64,000 nt of DNA, taken from positions 414,675 to 478,674 of the forward strand of contig CAWBOC010000006.1 of NCBI GenBank assembly GCA_963790305.1, written 5' to 3'. The stretch comes from an uncultured Gemmatimonadaceae bacterium (GTDB taxonomy: Bacteria; Gemmatimonadota; Gemmatimonadetes; Gemmatimonadales; Gemmatimonadaceae). Shown here in pieces: positions 19,252-29,748 of the stretch. Below the pieces are notes generated by a model. It was not told where the DNA came from, searched no databases, and saw nothing but the letters and a program-made list of their open reading frames with translations. The position numbers were made by a program, and so were the translations under genes. Within the stretch, counting starts at the first letter, position 1, and each line of letters starts with the position of its first letter.

Positions 19252-20515
19252 TGCGCCGAACGGAGCTCTCAGTGCGAGCGCCGACTTCACCGTCGCGCAC
19301 CAGAAGCGTGAATCGTTCGCCTGCTTGGAATTCATCCACCGACGATAGCGTGTTGCCTTCCAAGTCGCGCGCGACGGCATAGCCGCGGGCGAGCGTCGAG
19401 AGTGGGCTGAGTGCGTCGAGTCGCGCAGTCACGAGCTCGAGCTGCGCACGGCGGCGCTCGACGGAGATCTGCGCGGTTCGCGCTACATCGCGCGCGACGC
19501 GTGCGAGCCGAGCGTGCGCGTCGAGCAACGAGCGCTCGAGGGCGCCGCGCAGCGCCAATGTCGCGCTCTCAAGTGCGGCGCGCATGTCCTGGAGCACGGG
19601 CACGGCTGCTTCGGCGGCGGCCAATGGCGTCGCCGCGCGAAGGTCGGCGACGAGGTCGCACAACGTGATGTCTACTTCGTGTCCGACGGCCGAGATCGTC
19701 GGCATCGGACACGCGGCGAGCGCGCGAGCGACCCGCTCGTCGTTGAACGCCCACAGATCATCGCGCGCGCCACCCCCCCTTCCGATGATCAGCGTGTCGC
19801 AGCCCTTCCAGCGCGAGGCGCGCTCAATGGCGGCGACGAGCTCCTCGACGGCGCCATCGCCCTGAACCCTGGCCGGAACCACGACGAGCTCGACGAAGGC
19901 GCAGCGCCGCCTTGCCACGGCAATGATGTCTCGCAACGCGGCGCCGTCAGGGCTGGTGACGATCGCCACGCGTCGCGGATAGCGCGCGAGCGTTCGCTTT
20001 CGCTCGGAGGCCAGCAGCCCCTCGGCCTGAAGACGCGCGATGGCGACGTCGAGCGCTTTCCGCCACAGCCCATCGCCCTCGGCCGCTATTTTCGAGACGA
20101 CGAACCGCATGTCGCCGCGCGACGGGTAGACGGTGAGGCGTCCGAAGGCGAGCACCTGCATTCCCTCGTCAGGCGGCGCCGGGATGCGGTGCTGCTGCGT
20201 GCTCCACACCACGCATCGCACCTGTGCACCGGCGTCGCGCAGACAGAAGTACCAGTGCCCACTGCAATGTGCCTTGAAATCCGTGACCTCCCCGCGGATC
20301 CAGAGGGGGACAAACGCGCCCTCGACGATCTCACGCGCTAGGTTGGTCAGCGTGCTGACGCTGATCGCGAGGTGCTCGACGTCCTCGTGCAGGCGGCCGG
20401 GCCCACGCCGCTTGCGGGCCGGCGAACGCGAACCTGGAGGCGTCACGTCGCCGAAGAGCGACGGCTCCAGGGGCTCGGAGACGCGTGCGGCCACACGCCG
20501 AGGGCGCGGCTTCAC
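19235..20515 (-). CDS. xseA: Exodeoxyribonuclease VII large subunit
   Basis: [50 protein letters not shown]. Confidence 0.95.
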   Translation of the reverse strand: MKPRPRRVAARVSEPLEPSLFGDVTPPGSRSPARKRRGPGRLHEDVEHLAISVSTLTNLAREIVEGAFVPLWIRGEVTDFKAHCSGHWYFCLRDAGAQVRCVVWSTQQHRIPAPPDEGMQVLAFGRLTVYPSRGDMRFVVSKIAAEGDGLWRKALDVAIARLQAEGLLASERKRTLARYPRRVAIVTSPDGAALRDIIAVARRRCAFVELVVVPARVQGDGAVEELVAAIERASRWKGCDTLIIGRGGGARDDLWAFNDERVARALAACPMPTISAVGHEVDITLCDLVADLRAATPLAAAEAAVPVLQDMRAALESATLALRGALERSLLDAHARLARVARDVARTAQISVERRRAQLELVTARLDALSPLSTLARGYAVARDLEGNTLSSVDEFQAGERFTLLVRDGEVGARTESSVRRIPEHP

Positions 20516-21396
20516 GCGTGCACCCGCTCAGCGGCGCGAAGGGTATTCGACAGCAGCATCGCGATCGTCATTGGCCCCACCCCGCCCGGCACTGGCGTGA
20601 TCTTCGACGCGACCTTCCGCACGCCTTCGAAGTCGACGTCCCCAACCAGCGAGTAGCCCTTTTTTGCCGACCGATCGTCGACGCGGTTGACGCCCACGTC
20701 GATGACCACGGCGCCCGGCTTCACCATGTCGGCCGTCACCATGCGCGGGCGCCCAATAGCGACAATGAGGATGTCGGCACGCTTCGCGTGCTCGGCCAGG
20801 TCGCGCGTGTGGGAGTGGCACACCGTGACGGTCGCATTCCCGCCGGGCCCGTTCTGTACCAGAAGCGAGGCCATCGGCTTTCCGACGATGTTGCTGCGCC
20901 CGATGATGACGCAGTGTTTGCCGGCCGTGTCGACCGAGCTGCGCAGGAGCAGCTGCTGCACTCCCACAGGGGTCGCCGGGGAAAACCCATCCCGCTCCCC
21001 GATGAACACCTTGCCCACGTTGATCGGATGAAACCCATCGACGTCCTTCTCGGGACGAATGCGACGGACGACGGCCTCGGCGTCGATCTGCTTCGGCACC
21101 GGCATCTGCACCAGGATACCATGAATGCGTGGATCCGCATTGAGCGCGTCGATCTCGGCCAGCAGCTCGTCCTGCGACGTTGACGCATCGAGTCGCATGG
21201 TGACGGAATGCATCCCCGCCTCCTCGCACGCCTTCCCCTTCATGCGAACGTACACCTGACTGGCAGGGTCGTCTCCGACGAGGATGACCGCCAGTCCCGG
21301 CCGCACGCCCCGCGTGCCTAACGCCTTCACCTTCCGGGCCACCTCGGCACGGATGGAGGCGGCGATCGCTGCGCCGTCGATGACCTCAGCGGGCAA
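20512..21396 (-). CDS. folD: Methylenetetrahydrofolate dehydrogenase/cyclohydrolase
   Basis: [36 protein letters not shown] start inferred. Confidence 0.96.
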   Translation of the reverse strand: MPAEVIDGAAIAASIRAEVARKVKALGTRGVRPGLAVILVGDDPASQVYVRMKGKACEEAGMHSVTMRLDASTSQDELLAEIDALNADPRIHGILVQMPVPKQIDAEAVVRRIRPEKDVDGFHPINVGKVFIGERDGFSPATPVGVQQLLLRSSVDTAGKHCVIIGRSNIVGKPMASLLVQNGPGGNATVTVCHSHTRDLAEHAKRADILIVAIGRPRMVTADMVKPGAVVIDVGVNRVDDRSAKKGYSLVGDVDFEGVRKVASKITPVPGGVGPMTIAMLLSNTLRAAERVHA

Positions 21397-22972
21397 AGTC
21401 CACCGCCCGCGTCTCGCGGATGACCACGACCTTGATCTGCCCCGGATACTGAAGCTCCGATTCAATGCGCCGAGCGATCTCCTCCGAGAGGGAGGTCATG
21501 CGGACGTCGTCGACCTCGTCCGGCCGCACGACGACGCGAACTTCACGTCCGGCCTGAATGGCGAAGACCTTTTCGACACCGCGGTAGCTGCCAGCGATCT
21601 TCTCGATTCCCTCGAGACGTTTCACATACGTCTCGAACGCCTCGCGACGCGCGCCCGGACGCGAGCCCGAGATGGCGTCGGCGGCCTGTACGAGCACGGA
21701 GATCTCCGTCTCGTGCGGCACATCGTCATGGTGCGCGGCAATGCAGTTCACGACCAGCGGGTTCTCGCCGTACTTCGTCGCTACTTCGACGCCGAGCTGC
21801 ACATGGGTTCCCTCGTGCTCGTGAGTGAGAACCTTGCCGATGTCGTGCAAGAGCGCGCCGCGACGCGCCATGACCGCGTCGAGCGCCAGCTCCTGCGCCA
21901 TGATGCCGGCGAGGTGCGCAACTTCCTTGGAGTGCAGCAGGATGTTCTGGCCGTAGCTGGTACGATAGTGCATGCGTCCGACGAGCTTCACGAGCTCCGG
22001 GTGCAATCCGTTGACCCCCGATTCGTACGCAGCCTGCTCGCCCATCTCCTGAATGGACTGCTCCACTTCCTTGCGCGACTTCGCGACGACCTCCTCGATA
22101 CGACCAGGGTGAATCCGGCCATCCGCGACAAGCTTCTGAAGCGACAGGCGGGCGATCTCGCGGCGCACGGGATCGAAGCCGGACACGACGACCGTGTCCG
22201 GCGTGTCGTCGATGATGACGTCGACGCCGGTCGCGAGCTCGAATGCCCGGATGTTGCGGCCTTCGCGGCCGATGATGCGACCCTTCATCTCGTCGTTCGG
22301 GAGCGCGACGGATGACACGGTGATCTCCGCCGTGTGATCAGCCGCGACTCGCTGCACCGCCAGGGCGACGATCTTCTTGGCCTCGCGGTCCGCGTTCCGG
22401 CGCGCACTCTCGCGAATTTCGCGCAGGCTGTTCGCGGCGTCGGCGCGTGCCTGCTCCTCCATGCGCCCAATCAGCTCGGCCTTGGCCTGGTCGGCCGACA
22501 TCCCGGCCAGCGCTTCGAGCCGGCGGCGCTCCTCCGACAGCATGCGATCCAGCTCGGCGTCGCGCTCCGAAACCGTCTTCTCCTTTCGCCCGAGCTCGCT
22601 GGCGCGACGTCCGATTTCCTTGTCGCGCTGCTCGAGGATGTCGAATTTCCGGTCGAGCGCTGTCTCCCGCTCCTGCACGCGCTTCTCGCCCCTTTCGATT
22701 TCTTCGCGCCGGCGTGAGGCCTCGCCTTCCCAGGATTCGCGAAGCTTGATCGTCTCCTCTTTCCCCGCCAGCACCGCCGATTTGCGCAGCGTATCGGCTT
22801 CCCGCTGAGCCTCGTCGAGGATCCGCTTCGCCGTCTCCTCTGCCCCAGCCCGGGCCGCCGCCGCCGCCTTGCGCTCCGCCGTCCGTCCCGCCGCTCTGCC
22901 GATAAAGAAAAAGGCCGCGGAGGCGAGAATAACGAGCACGCCCAACGCGGCATAGATCGCGATTTCGTTCAT
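21386..22972 (-). CDS. rny: Ribonuclease Y
   Basis: N-terminal TM helix, coiled coil, KH ([13 protein letters not shown]) and HD (LLHDIGK) domains. Confidence 0.97.
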   Translation of the reverse strand: MNEIAIYAALGVLVILASAAFFFIGRAAGRTAERKAAAAARAGAEETAKRILDEAQREADTLRKSAVLAGKEETIKLRESWEGEASRRREEIERGEKRVQERETALDRKFDILEQRDKEIGRRASELGRKEKTVSERDAELDRMLSEERRRLEALAGMSADQAKAELIGRMEEQARADAANSLREIRESARRNADREAKKIVALAVQRVAADHTAEITVSSVALPNDEMKGRIIGREGRNIRAFELATGVDVIIDDTPDTVVVSGFDPVRREIARLSLQKLVADGRIHPGRIEEVVAKSRKEVEQSIQEMGEQAAYESGVNGLHPELVKLVGRMHYRTSYGQNILLHSKEVAHLAGIMAQELALDAVMARRGALLHDIGKVLTHEHEGTHVQLGVEVATKYGENPLVVNCIAAHHDDVPHETEISVLVQAADAISGSRPGARREAFETYVKRLEGIEKIAGSYRGVEKVFAIQAGREVRVVVRPDEVDDVRMTSLSEEIARRIESELQYPGQIKVVVIRETRAVDFAR

Positions 22973-23014
22973 GTATTTATGCTCCAACGCGGCGGTTGTC
23001 CGCCGCGGAGTCAG

Positions 23015-23140
23015 GAAGAACACCGTTGGGCCGACCCGTCCCTCGGAAGTGCGCCGCTCGGTCGAGCGCCGGCGAAGGGCGCGTGACGGAACGGGCTAAC
23101 TACAAAGGGCGCTTGGGTCTACGCCAAACGCGGTGACTTC
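23015..23140 (-). ncRNA. Candidate 6S-like or structured RNA between zapA and rny
   Basis: Own promoter (TTGCCT-17-TAGTTT, 23145-23173). Ends pair into a rod (GAAG/CTTC, CACCG/CGGTG, TTGG/CCAA, GACCC/GGGTC). Position matches ssrS synteny. Confidence 0.4.
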
Positions 23141-23179
23141 GGAGAAACTACGTCCGGGCGGAGCAAAAGGCAACGCGCG

Positions 23180-23494
23180 TCATCGTTCCGCGGTTTCCCC
23201 GCTTACGCGCTTCGCCGGCGGGAGCCGGCGCCTGATCTCCGAGCTGAGCTGCTGCATCCCCTCGGCGATCTCTTCCGACTGGGCCCGCGCCTGAAAAAGG
23301 TCGTCGGTGATCTGCAGCGCGGCGAGGATGGCTGCCTTGCGGGTTTCGGCAACGGCTCCGCTGTTCATGATCTCGCGGATGGCCCGGTCCACATGTTCGG
23401 CCACGGCGCGGGTGTGCTCGGGCGAAGCATCGCTCCGAATCGTGTACTCCTCACCGACGATCGTCACGCGGACGCTGCTCTTCCGACCATTCAT
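23180..23494 (-). CDS. zapA: Cell division protein ZapA
   Basis: VRVTIVGEEYTIR...AAILAALQITDDL; follows pheT. Confidence 0.9.
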   Translation of the reverse strand: MNGRKSSVRVTIVGEEYTIRSDASPEHTRAVAEHVDRAIREIMNSGAVAETRKAAILAALQITDDLFQARAQSEEIAEGMQQLSSEIRRRLPPAKRVSGETAER

Positions 23495-23784
23495 CGCGTG
23501 GCCCCCTTCTCTCCCTGCTGCCGAAGGAACCGGGTCCGGTCGAGGAGGTGCTGTACGCGGTCGCGGGCCGCATCGAGACGGGCGCGCAGCTCGGCGTTCT
23601 CCTTCTCGAGCGATGCAGCGTGTCTCGATCCCTTCGTCTGCGGCGTCGCAGACTCGAGCTCCTTCACGCGCGCTTCCGCAGTCTGTGCGCGGCGGCGCCA
23701 TCCCGCCATCTCTTCGCCGAGCTGCCCGATGAGATGAGCCAGCTCGCGAAATGCGACCAGATCAGGCCGTTCGCTGTCGGACAC
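23491..23784 (-). CDS. Small coiled-coil protein (ZapB-like)
   Basis: LEKENAELRARL coiled coil between pheT and zapA. Confidence 0.7.
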   Translation of the reverse strand: MSDSERPDLVAFRELAHLIGQLGEEMAGWRRRAQTAEARVKELESATPQTKGSRHAASLEKENAELRARLDAARDRVQHLLDRTRFLRQQGEKGATR

Positions 23785-26389
23785 CGAGCTCCTCCTCGAG
23801 CGCGCGCAGCAGCTTCTCCCTGCGACCGGAGACTTCCTTGTCGCGAAGGGTGCGCTCCGGATGGCGGAACGTCAACCGCCACGCCACGCTGCGCACGCCG
23901 GATGGAAGGCCGGCCCCGCGGAATTCGTCGAAGAGCGCAAGCCGTTCGAGCAGCTCTCCCGCATGCGTTCGAATGACCTGCTCCACCTTCGACGCAGGCA
24001 TGTCGTTCGGGACGAGCACGGCGAGGTCGAACTCCGCCGCCGGCGTCACGGGGAGCGCGCGGAACGGCGTCACGGGCGCGGGGCCGCGTCGCTCGGCCTC
24101 GCGGGCGTGCGCCGACCCGCCGACAGGCGCAACATCAGCCGAGGCGACCGTCTCGAGCGCGATCTCAATGCCGAACGCTGGTGATGCCCATATCGGTGCG
24201 TCGAGCCGCACACGAGTGACCGCGCCGACACGACCTCCGTCGACGCTCACTTCCCACAGCGTATCGCCGCTGCCCGGGACGAGCGAGACCGAACGCCCGC
24301 GGAACGCCGTCTCGCCAATGAGCTCCGCCACTGCCTTCGCGTCCCACTCGTCGAACGCGGGGGGCTTGGGCTCGGTAAAATGTGGAGGCCGTCGGGCGCC
24401 CATGATCAACGCGCCGACGCGGACCTCCTCGTGAGGCAGGCGTTCGGCCGAGGGCGTGAAGACGTTGCCGATCTCGAACAGACGAACGTTGCCTTGCATG
24501 TGCGACAGGTTGTGCTCGGCGCGCTTGGCCAGCGACTCCATGATCGCTCGCCGCAGAAAAGCCTCGTTCTCCGCCAGTGGGTTGCGTACGCGGACGTATC
24601 CCTCGCCGCCGCTGACGAACGGCATCGGTCGCACCTCGAATAGCCCGGAGTTGGCGAGCACGGTGCGTAACCGACTCGCGAGTAGCTCGATCGGCGCATC
24701 GGGGACAGTGCCAATGCGGAACGGGCGCAGCTCGCTCGAGAACGCGTCGTAGCCGTGGAGCCGAGCGACCTCCTCGATGAGATCGACCTCATGCGCGATG
24801 TCGACGCGCCATGAGGGCGCGACCACCTGGAGCTCCTGTTCTCCATGGAGCATCTCGGTGCCAGGCTCCCAGTTGACAATGAACCCGATCGAGCGAAGCA
24901 GCCCGATCGTCTTCTTCGCGCTGATCGGTGCACCCAGGAGCCGTGCAATACGAGCCACGCGCAGTCGCAGCGGCGCGGTAACGCGCGGCTCGGGATAGAG
25001 GTCGACGTGATCCTCAGCGGTTCCGCCGGCGAGGCTCGTGATCAGGGCGACAGCGTGAGCGAGCCAGAACGGAGTCCACTCAATGTCGACGCCGCGCTCG
25101 AAGCGGTAGCTCGCGTCAGTCGACATTGCAAGTGCGCGACGTGCAGCACGAGTGGCGCGTGGATCGAAGTTGGCGACCTCGAGAAAGATGTCGGTCGTCC
25201 CCTCCGTCACTTCGCTGTCACGTCCGCCCATGATTCCGGCGAGCGCCTGTGCCCGTTCGGCGTCGGCGATCACGGTGATCGACGGATTGAGCGTGCGCTC
25301 CACGCCATCCAGCGTCACGATGCGCTCGCCCGCCCTCGCGCGCCTGACGATGACCGCGCTCCCCGCCAGCTTCGCAACGTCGAAGGCGTGCATCGGCTGT
25401 CCGAACCCATGCAGCATGAAGTTGGTCGCGTCCACGACGTTGTTGATCGGACGCCCACCGACGGCGGTGATGCGGTCGACGAGCCACTGCGGGCTGGGCG
25501 CGATCTTCACACCGCGGATGACCACACCGCAGTAGCGCGGCGATCCCTGCGCATCCTCGAGAACGACGCGCACGTCCCCCGTCTGTCCCTCGGTCACCCC
25601 GTGATGGCGCGGCCGATCGGGCATGGTCCGCACGGCATCGATGAGTGAGCTCGCGGCTTCGCTCTCGCCGCCGAGCACGGTCGTGACTGCCTCCGCGATC
25701 GCCGTCGCATCCAGCCGCTCACCGGCGAGCGCCGTGGGGAGCTCATCGAGCAGACGGCGGGTCATCGCTTGCTGCTCCGCCGTCGGCGCGCCGAGGAAGT
25801 CGTGGGTGCCGGTCCACACCAGCTCCTGAATGTCCTTGCCGAACGCCGCCGCGATTTCGCGCGCGACACCGAGGTGTGACAGCAGGTCCGGCCGACTGGG
25901 CGATACGTCGAGCACCAGACGTGTGTCGCCGACGGGATACGCATCGAGAAAGCGCGTACCAGGCTCGGCGTCGATGTCGAGCTCCATGATGCCTTGGTGC
26001 TCGTCTCCAAGCCCGAGCTCCCGCGCCGAGCAGAGCATACCGGCGCTCACTGCACCGCGAATCTTCCGTCGCTCGATCTTCATCCCGTTCGGCATGGTCG
26101 TACCAACCGGCGCGAAGGGATAGATCTTTCCCGCTCGGACGTTTGGCGCGCCGCACACGACATCGAGCAGCTCGCCGGTACCGGCGTCGACCTTGGTCAC
26201 GCTCAAGTGATCGGAATCAGGATGCCGAGCGCACTCGACCACACGCCCGATGACGATCGGCGCGAGATCGGGCCGCAGCGGCAGCACTTCGTCGACCGTG
26301 ACGACGCGCTGCGTGAGCAGGTCGCGCAGCTCGGTTGGCTCGAGATCGAAATCGACGAAGGTCTTGAGCCAGGCGTACGAGACGTTCAT
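23762..26389 (-). CDS. pheT: Phenylalanine-tRNA ligase beta subunit
   Basis: MNVSYAWL, VVCGAPNV, GMLCSARELG, RPINNVVDATN, TDASYRFERG, DLIEEVARLHGY and FDX-ACB end. Confidence 0.96.
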   Translation of the reverse strand: MNVSYAWLKTFVDFDLEPTELRDLLTQRVVTVDEVLPLRPDLAPIVIGRVVECARHPDSDHLSVTKVDAGTGELLDVVCGAPNVRAGKIYPFAPVGTTMPNGMKIERRKIRGAVSAGMLCSARELGLGDEHQGIMELDIDAEPGTRFLDAYPVGDTRLVLDVSPSRPDLLSHLGVAREIAAAFGKDIQELVWTGTHDFLGAPTAEQQAMTRRLLDELPTALAGERLDATAIAEAVTTVLGGESEAASSLIDAVRTMPDRPRHHGVTEGQTGDVRVVLEDAQGSPRYCGVVIRGVKIAPSPQWLVDRITAVGGRPINNVVDATNFMLHGFGQPMHAFDVAKLAGSAVIVRRARAGERIVTLDGVERTLNPSITVIADAERAQALAGIMGGRDSEVTEGTTDIFLEVANFDPRATRAARRALAMSTDASYRFERGVDIEWTPFWLAHAVALITSLAGGTAEDHVDLYPEPRVTAPLRLRVARIARLLGAPISAKKTIGLLRSIGFIVNWEPGTEMLHGEQELQVVAPSWRVDIAHEVDLIEEVARLHGYDAFSSELRPFRIGTVPDAPIELLASRLRTVLANSGLFEVRPMPFVSGGEGYVRVRNPLAENEAFLRRAIMESLAKRAEHNLSHMQGNVRLFEIGNVFTPSAERLPHEEVRVGALIMGARRPPHFTEPKPPAFDEWDAKAVAELIGETAFRGRSVSLVPGSGDTLWEVSVDGGRVGAVTRVRLDAPIWASPAFGIEIALETVASADVAPVGGSAHAREAERRGPAPVTPFRALPVTPAAEFDLAVLVPNDMPASKVEQVIRTHAGELLERLALFDEFRGAGLPSGVRSVAWRLTFRHPERTLRDKEVSGRREKLLRALEEELGVRQRTA

Positions 26390-27414
26390 TGCGCCAGCTG
26401 CTCCAGAAAGCGGACGTCCGAGTCGTACAGCAGCCGAATATCCGGGATGCCCCAGCGACTGAGCGCGACGCGCGCCGGCCCCATGCCGAACGCCCACCCG
26501 GTGTATTTCTCGCTGTCCACGCCGCACGCGTCGAGCACCGCCGGATGCACCATGCCGGAGCCGAGGATCTCGACCCATCCCGTCTGTTTGCAGGTGGGGC
26601 AGCCGGTACCGCCGCACACCCCGCATTGCACGTCGAGCTCCGCCGATGGCTCGGTGAACGGGAAATAGCTGGGACGAAAGCGCGTCGGGCGCTTTCCGAA
26701 GAACCGATTCGCGAAGTTGACGAGAGTCGCCTTGAGATCGACGAAGCCAATGCCCTCGTCCACGGCGAGTCCCTCGATCTGCGAGAACATCGGGGCGTGC
26801 GACGGATCGAAGAAATCGCGCCGGTACACATTCCCGGGAGCGATGATGCGCACGGGCGGCGGATACGATTGCAGCGTGCGCGCCTGGACGGGCGACGTAT
26901 GCGTACGCAGCAGCGTGTCGTCGCTCAGGTAGAGGGTGTCGTGCATATCCATCGCCGGATGGTCGGCGGGAAAATTCAGCGCGCCGAAGTTGTACCAATC
27001 CGTCTCGGCCTCCGGGCCCACGGCAACCGTGAAGCCGAGCTCGCGGAAGATGTCGCGGATCTCATCGATGACGACCGTGACTGGGTGCACCGCGCCGCGC
27101 CACGTCCGGCGGGCGGGCATGGTGAGATCGAGTCGCGGCTCGGTCGGCGCGCCGATGCGCAGCTCCGCCTCACGAGCCTCGAGCGCAGCGTCGATGGCCT
27201 CCTTGGCGCGGTTGACGGCGGCGCCCGCCTCACGACGCGCGTCGGGGGGGAGCGCGGGGAGCGACTTCATGAGCTCGGTGAGCCGACCGCTCTTGCGTCC
27301 GACCAGCGTGGTGCGGGCCGAGGCCAACTCGTCGGCCGACGACGCGCGCGCGACGAGATCGCGGCCGTCGCGCTCGAGTGAACGGGCTGCCTCCACCAAT
27401 TCGTCCAGCGTCAC
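26386..27414 (-). CDS. pheS: Phenylalanine-tRNA ligase alpha subunit
   Basis: LLRTHTSPVQ, FRPSYFPFTEPS, CxxC-CxxC loop, GWAFGMG. Confidence 0.97.
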   Translation of the reverse strand: MTLDELVEAARSLERDGRDLVARASSADELASARTTLVGRKSGRLTELMKSLPALPPDARREAGAAVNRAKEAIDAALEAREAELRIGAPTEPRLDLTMPARRTWRGAVHPVTVVIDEIRDIFRELGFTVAVGPEAETDWYNFGALNFPADHPAMDMHDTLYLSDDTLLRTHTSPVQARTLQSYPPPVRIIAPGNVYRRDFFDPSHAPMFSQIEGLAVDEGIGFVDLKATLVNFANRFFGKRPTRFRPSYFPFTEPSAELDVQCGVCGGTGCPTCKQTGWVEILGSGMVHPAVLDACGVDSEKYTGWAFGMGPARVALSRWGIPDIRLLYDSDVRFLEQLAQ

Positions 27415-27429
27415 GTGCGAGTGGGTGTG

Positions 27430-27487
27430 TGAGTGAAACACAGCGGGCGACGGCGGCGCCTTCCGAGGAGTGCGCGGCCGTCGCCCG
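27430..27487 (-). terminator. Hairpin after rplT
   Basis: CGGGCGACGGC...GCCGTCGCCCG followed by CTGTGTTT. Confidence 0.45.
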
Positions 27488-27517
27488 TGTCGAGCATCGC
27501 CCCGATGGGGCGGCGAC

Positions 27518-27880
27518 TCAAGCCGCGTTCAGCGCGGACCGCGCCTTGTCGGCGAGCTCGCCAAACGCCTGCGGATCGCGCACGGCGAGGTCGGCCAGAA
27601 TCTTCCGGTCCACCTCGATGCCCGCCTTCCGCAGTCCACTGATCAGCGCGTTGTAGCTCATCTCGTGCTGCCGGGCCGCGGCGTTGATGCGGATGATCCA
27701 CAGCCGGCGGAAATCGCGCTTCTTGTTCTTGCGGTCGCGGTAGGCGTAGCGCCATCCGCGCTCGACAGTCTCCTTGGCCGCCTTCCACAGCTTGCTGCGG
27801 CCACCAAAGGCGCCGCGAGCGGCCTTCATCACCTGCTTCTTGCGCTTCAGGCGCGCGACGTTCGATCTGACGCGAGGCAT
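27518..27880 (-). CDS. rplT: 50S ribosomal protein L20
   Basis: [26 protein letters not shown]. Confidence 0.98.
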   Translation of the reverse strand: MPRVRSNVARLKRKKQVMKAARGAFGGRSKLWKAAKETVERGWRYAYRDRKNKKRDFRRLWIIRINAAARQHEMSYNALISGLRKAGIEVDRKILADLAVRDPQAFGELADKARSALNAA

Positions 27881-27892
27881 GGGACGATCTCC

Positions 27893-28090
27893 TTACGCCG
27901 AAAGCAGGCGCTTGATGTTCTTCGCTTCGCCACGGGTGTTGATCAGACCGGGACGACGCAGGCGGCGCTTCCGCTTCGCGCTCTTCTTGGTGAGGATGTG
28001 ACTCTTGTTGGCTTTATACCGCTTCACCTTGCCGGAGCCGGTGACCTTGAAGCGCTTCACGGCGCCGCGGTGGGTTTTCATCTTCGGCAT
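27893..28090 (-). CDS. rpmI: 50S ribosomal protein L35
   Basis: [21 protein letters not shown]. Confidence 0.98.
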   Translation of the reverse strand: MPKMKTHRGAVKRFKVTGSGKVKRYKANKSHILTKKSAKRKRRLRRPGLINTRGEAKNIKRLLSA

Positions 28091-28117
28091 GCGATTACAC
28101 TCGTTATGGTCGAGCCG

Positions 28118-28633
28118 TTATTTCGGCGCGAGGATCATGGTCATGTTCTTCCCTTCCAGCTTCGCGTCCGTCTCGATCTTGCCGATGTCGGCAAGCTCGG
28201 TCGCCACGCGGTCGAGCACTTCCTTGCCGAGCTCGGGGTGCGCCACCTGCCGGCCACGGAACATCATCGTGACCTTCACCTTGTTGCCCTCTTCAATGAA
28301 CCGCCGAGCGTGGCGCGTCTTGGTATCGAAGTCGTGATCGTCGATCCCCGGGCGATACTTCACTTCCTTGAGCAGAATGACGTGCTGCTTTTTCTTCGCT
28401 TGTCGCGCCTGCTTTGCCTGCTCGAACTTGAACTTCCCGTAATCCATGATGCGAACGACGGGCGGGCGCGCCGTGGGGGCCACTTCGACGAGATCCAAGC
28501 CCTCTTCCTGAGCCCTGGCGAGCGCGACATCCACTTCGAGAATGCCGAGCTGCGAGCCATCTGGAGCGATCACGCGCACCGGGCTAATGCGAATTTGCCG
28601 ATTGACGCGGACTCGCTTGGTACTGTCCTGAAT
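28118..28633 (-). CDS. infC: Translation initiation factor IF-3, probable ATT start
   Basis: RVNRQIR...DLVEVAP..RPPV..IMDYGKF. GGAGGAG RBS ends 8 nt before ATT at 28633. Confidence 0.96.
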   Translation of the reverse strand: MQDSTKRVRVNRQIRISPVRVIAPDGSQLGILEVDVALARAQEEGLDLVEVAPTARPPVVRIMDYGKFKFEQAKQARQAKKKQHVILLKEVKYRPGIDDHDFDTKTRHARRFIEEGNKVKVTMMFRGRQVAHPELGKEVLDRVATELADIGKIETDAKLEGKNMTMILAPK

Positions 28634-28654
28634 GGTTGGTGCTCCTCCGAGAAG

Positions 28655-28800
28655 GAAACGAAAATCGCGGACCCCTTCTGGAGTCCGCGATGGGAACACG
28701 CGCCCATACTCGTGGGCTCGTGTCTCTCTCAGGAACTCCTACAGCACGCCCGCGCGAGCGGGGCCGAAGGGTGAGGGCAGCTTCGCCCTACTTAGCAGGT
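28655..28800 (-). promoter_or_regulatory. Candidate L20-responsive leader with intrinsic terminator
   Basis: AAGT-AGGGC..GCCCT-CACC element; terminator ATCGCGGACTCC-AGAA-GGGGTCCGCGAT-TTTCGTTT; promoter TTGACG-17-TAACTT at 28812-28840. Confidence 0.55.
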
Positions 28801-28866
28801 TGTCGGAGCGAAAGTTAGCGGCTCCAGGGTTGAGCGTCAACCGTATGAACAAGGTGCTCGAGCACC

Positions 28867-29748
28867 TCAACGATCGCTCGCCAACGAGTAGGACTTGCCG
28901 TCGTGCACGACCCGCCCCCACGGCACCGCCGCATCGTGCTCGAAGACGAGAAGCCAACCCTCATCGGCGGCGAGGCGGAGGTATTTGCGCTTCGTCTCGA
29001 GAGTGACGAGCGGCTCCACGTCGTAGCCCATGATCCACGGCAGCGGGAGGTGTGCCGCCGTTGGCACGAGGTCTCCCAGAAAGAACGCCAGCTCGCCGCG
29101 CGACTCGATGAGCACACTCTGGTGGTGTGGCGTGTGGCCGGGGGTGTGCACGACGCGGATCCCAGGCACGATCTCGCGGTCACCGTCCGCGAAGTCGAGC
29201 AGCCCCGCCTCCCTAATCGGCTCGAAGTTAGGCGGAAAATAGCTCGCCGCGGTGCGCTCGTTCACGTGCGTCGCCCATTCATATTCACCACGCTGCACGA
29301 CGTAGCGCGCGTTGGGAAACGTCGGCAAAACTCGTCCCTCGCCGTCGCGATACGTGTTGCCGCCCGCATGATCGAAGTGGAGATGCGTGTCGATCATGAG
29401 CGTCACATCCTCCGGCCGATGCCCCAGCGAACGAAGGCCATCCTCGAGCAGCGTACGCCCGTCGGCGCCGGCGTTGTCGATTCCGTAAATGTCGAGGAAC
29501 TTCGCGGTTTCCTTGTTGCCGGCGCCGTTGTCGATCAACACCAGGCCAAGATCGTGCTCCACGAGCAGACACCGCATGCCGAGCGGGATGCGGTTGCGCG
29601 CGTCGGCGGGAATGCGGCGCTCCCAGAGTGGCTTGGGAACGACGCCAAACATCGCGCCACCGTCGAGAGCCTGCCCGCCAGCCTGAATCGCGTGCACCGT
29701 CCAGGCGCCAAGCGTTCGTGTTTCGACGAGCGGGTGTGGAACGGTCAC
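28867..29748 (-). CDS. MBL-fold metallo-hydrolase (YtnP-like)
   Basis: LDGGAMFGVVPKPLW, THLHFDHAGG, TPGHT, MGYD, FEHD. Confidence 0.9.
   Translation of the reverse strand: MTVPHPLVETRTLGAWTVHAIQAGGQALDGGAMFGVVPKPLWERRIPADARNRIPLGMRCLLVEHDLGLVLIDNGAGNKETAKFLDIYGIDNAGADGRTLLEDGLRSLGHRPEDVTLMIDTHLHFDHAGGNTYRDGEGRVLPTFPNARYVVQRGEYEWATHVNERTAASYFPPNFEPIREAGLLDFADGDREIVPGIRVVHTPGHTPHHQSVLIESRGELAFFLGDLVPTAAHLPLPWIMGYDVEPLVTLETKRKYLRLAADEGWLLVFEHDAAVPWGRVVHDGKSYSLASDR

Noticed and set aside
27415..27517. T-box or attenuator upstream of pheS
   Set aside because: Only about 100 nt with simple hairpins; no T-box sequence or Phe-rich leader peptide.
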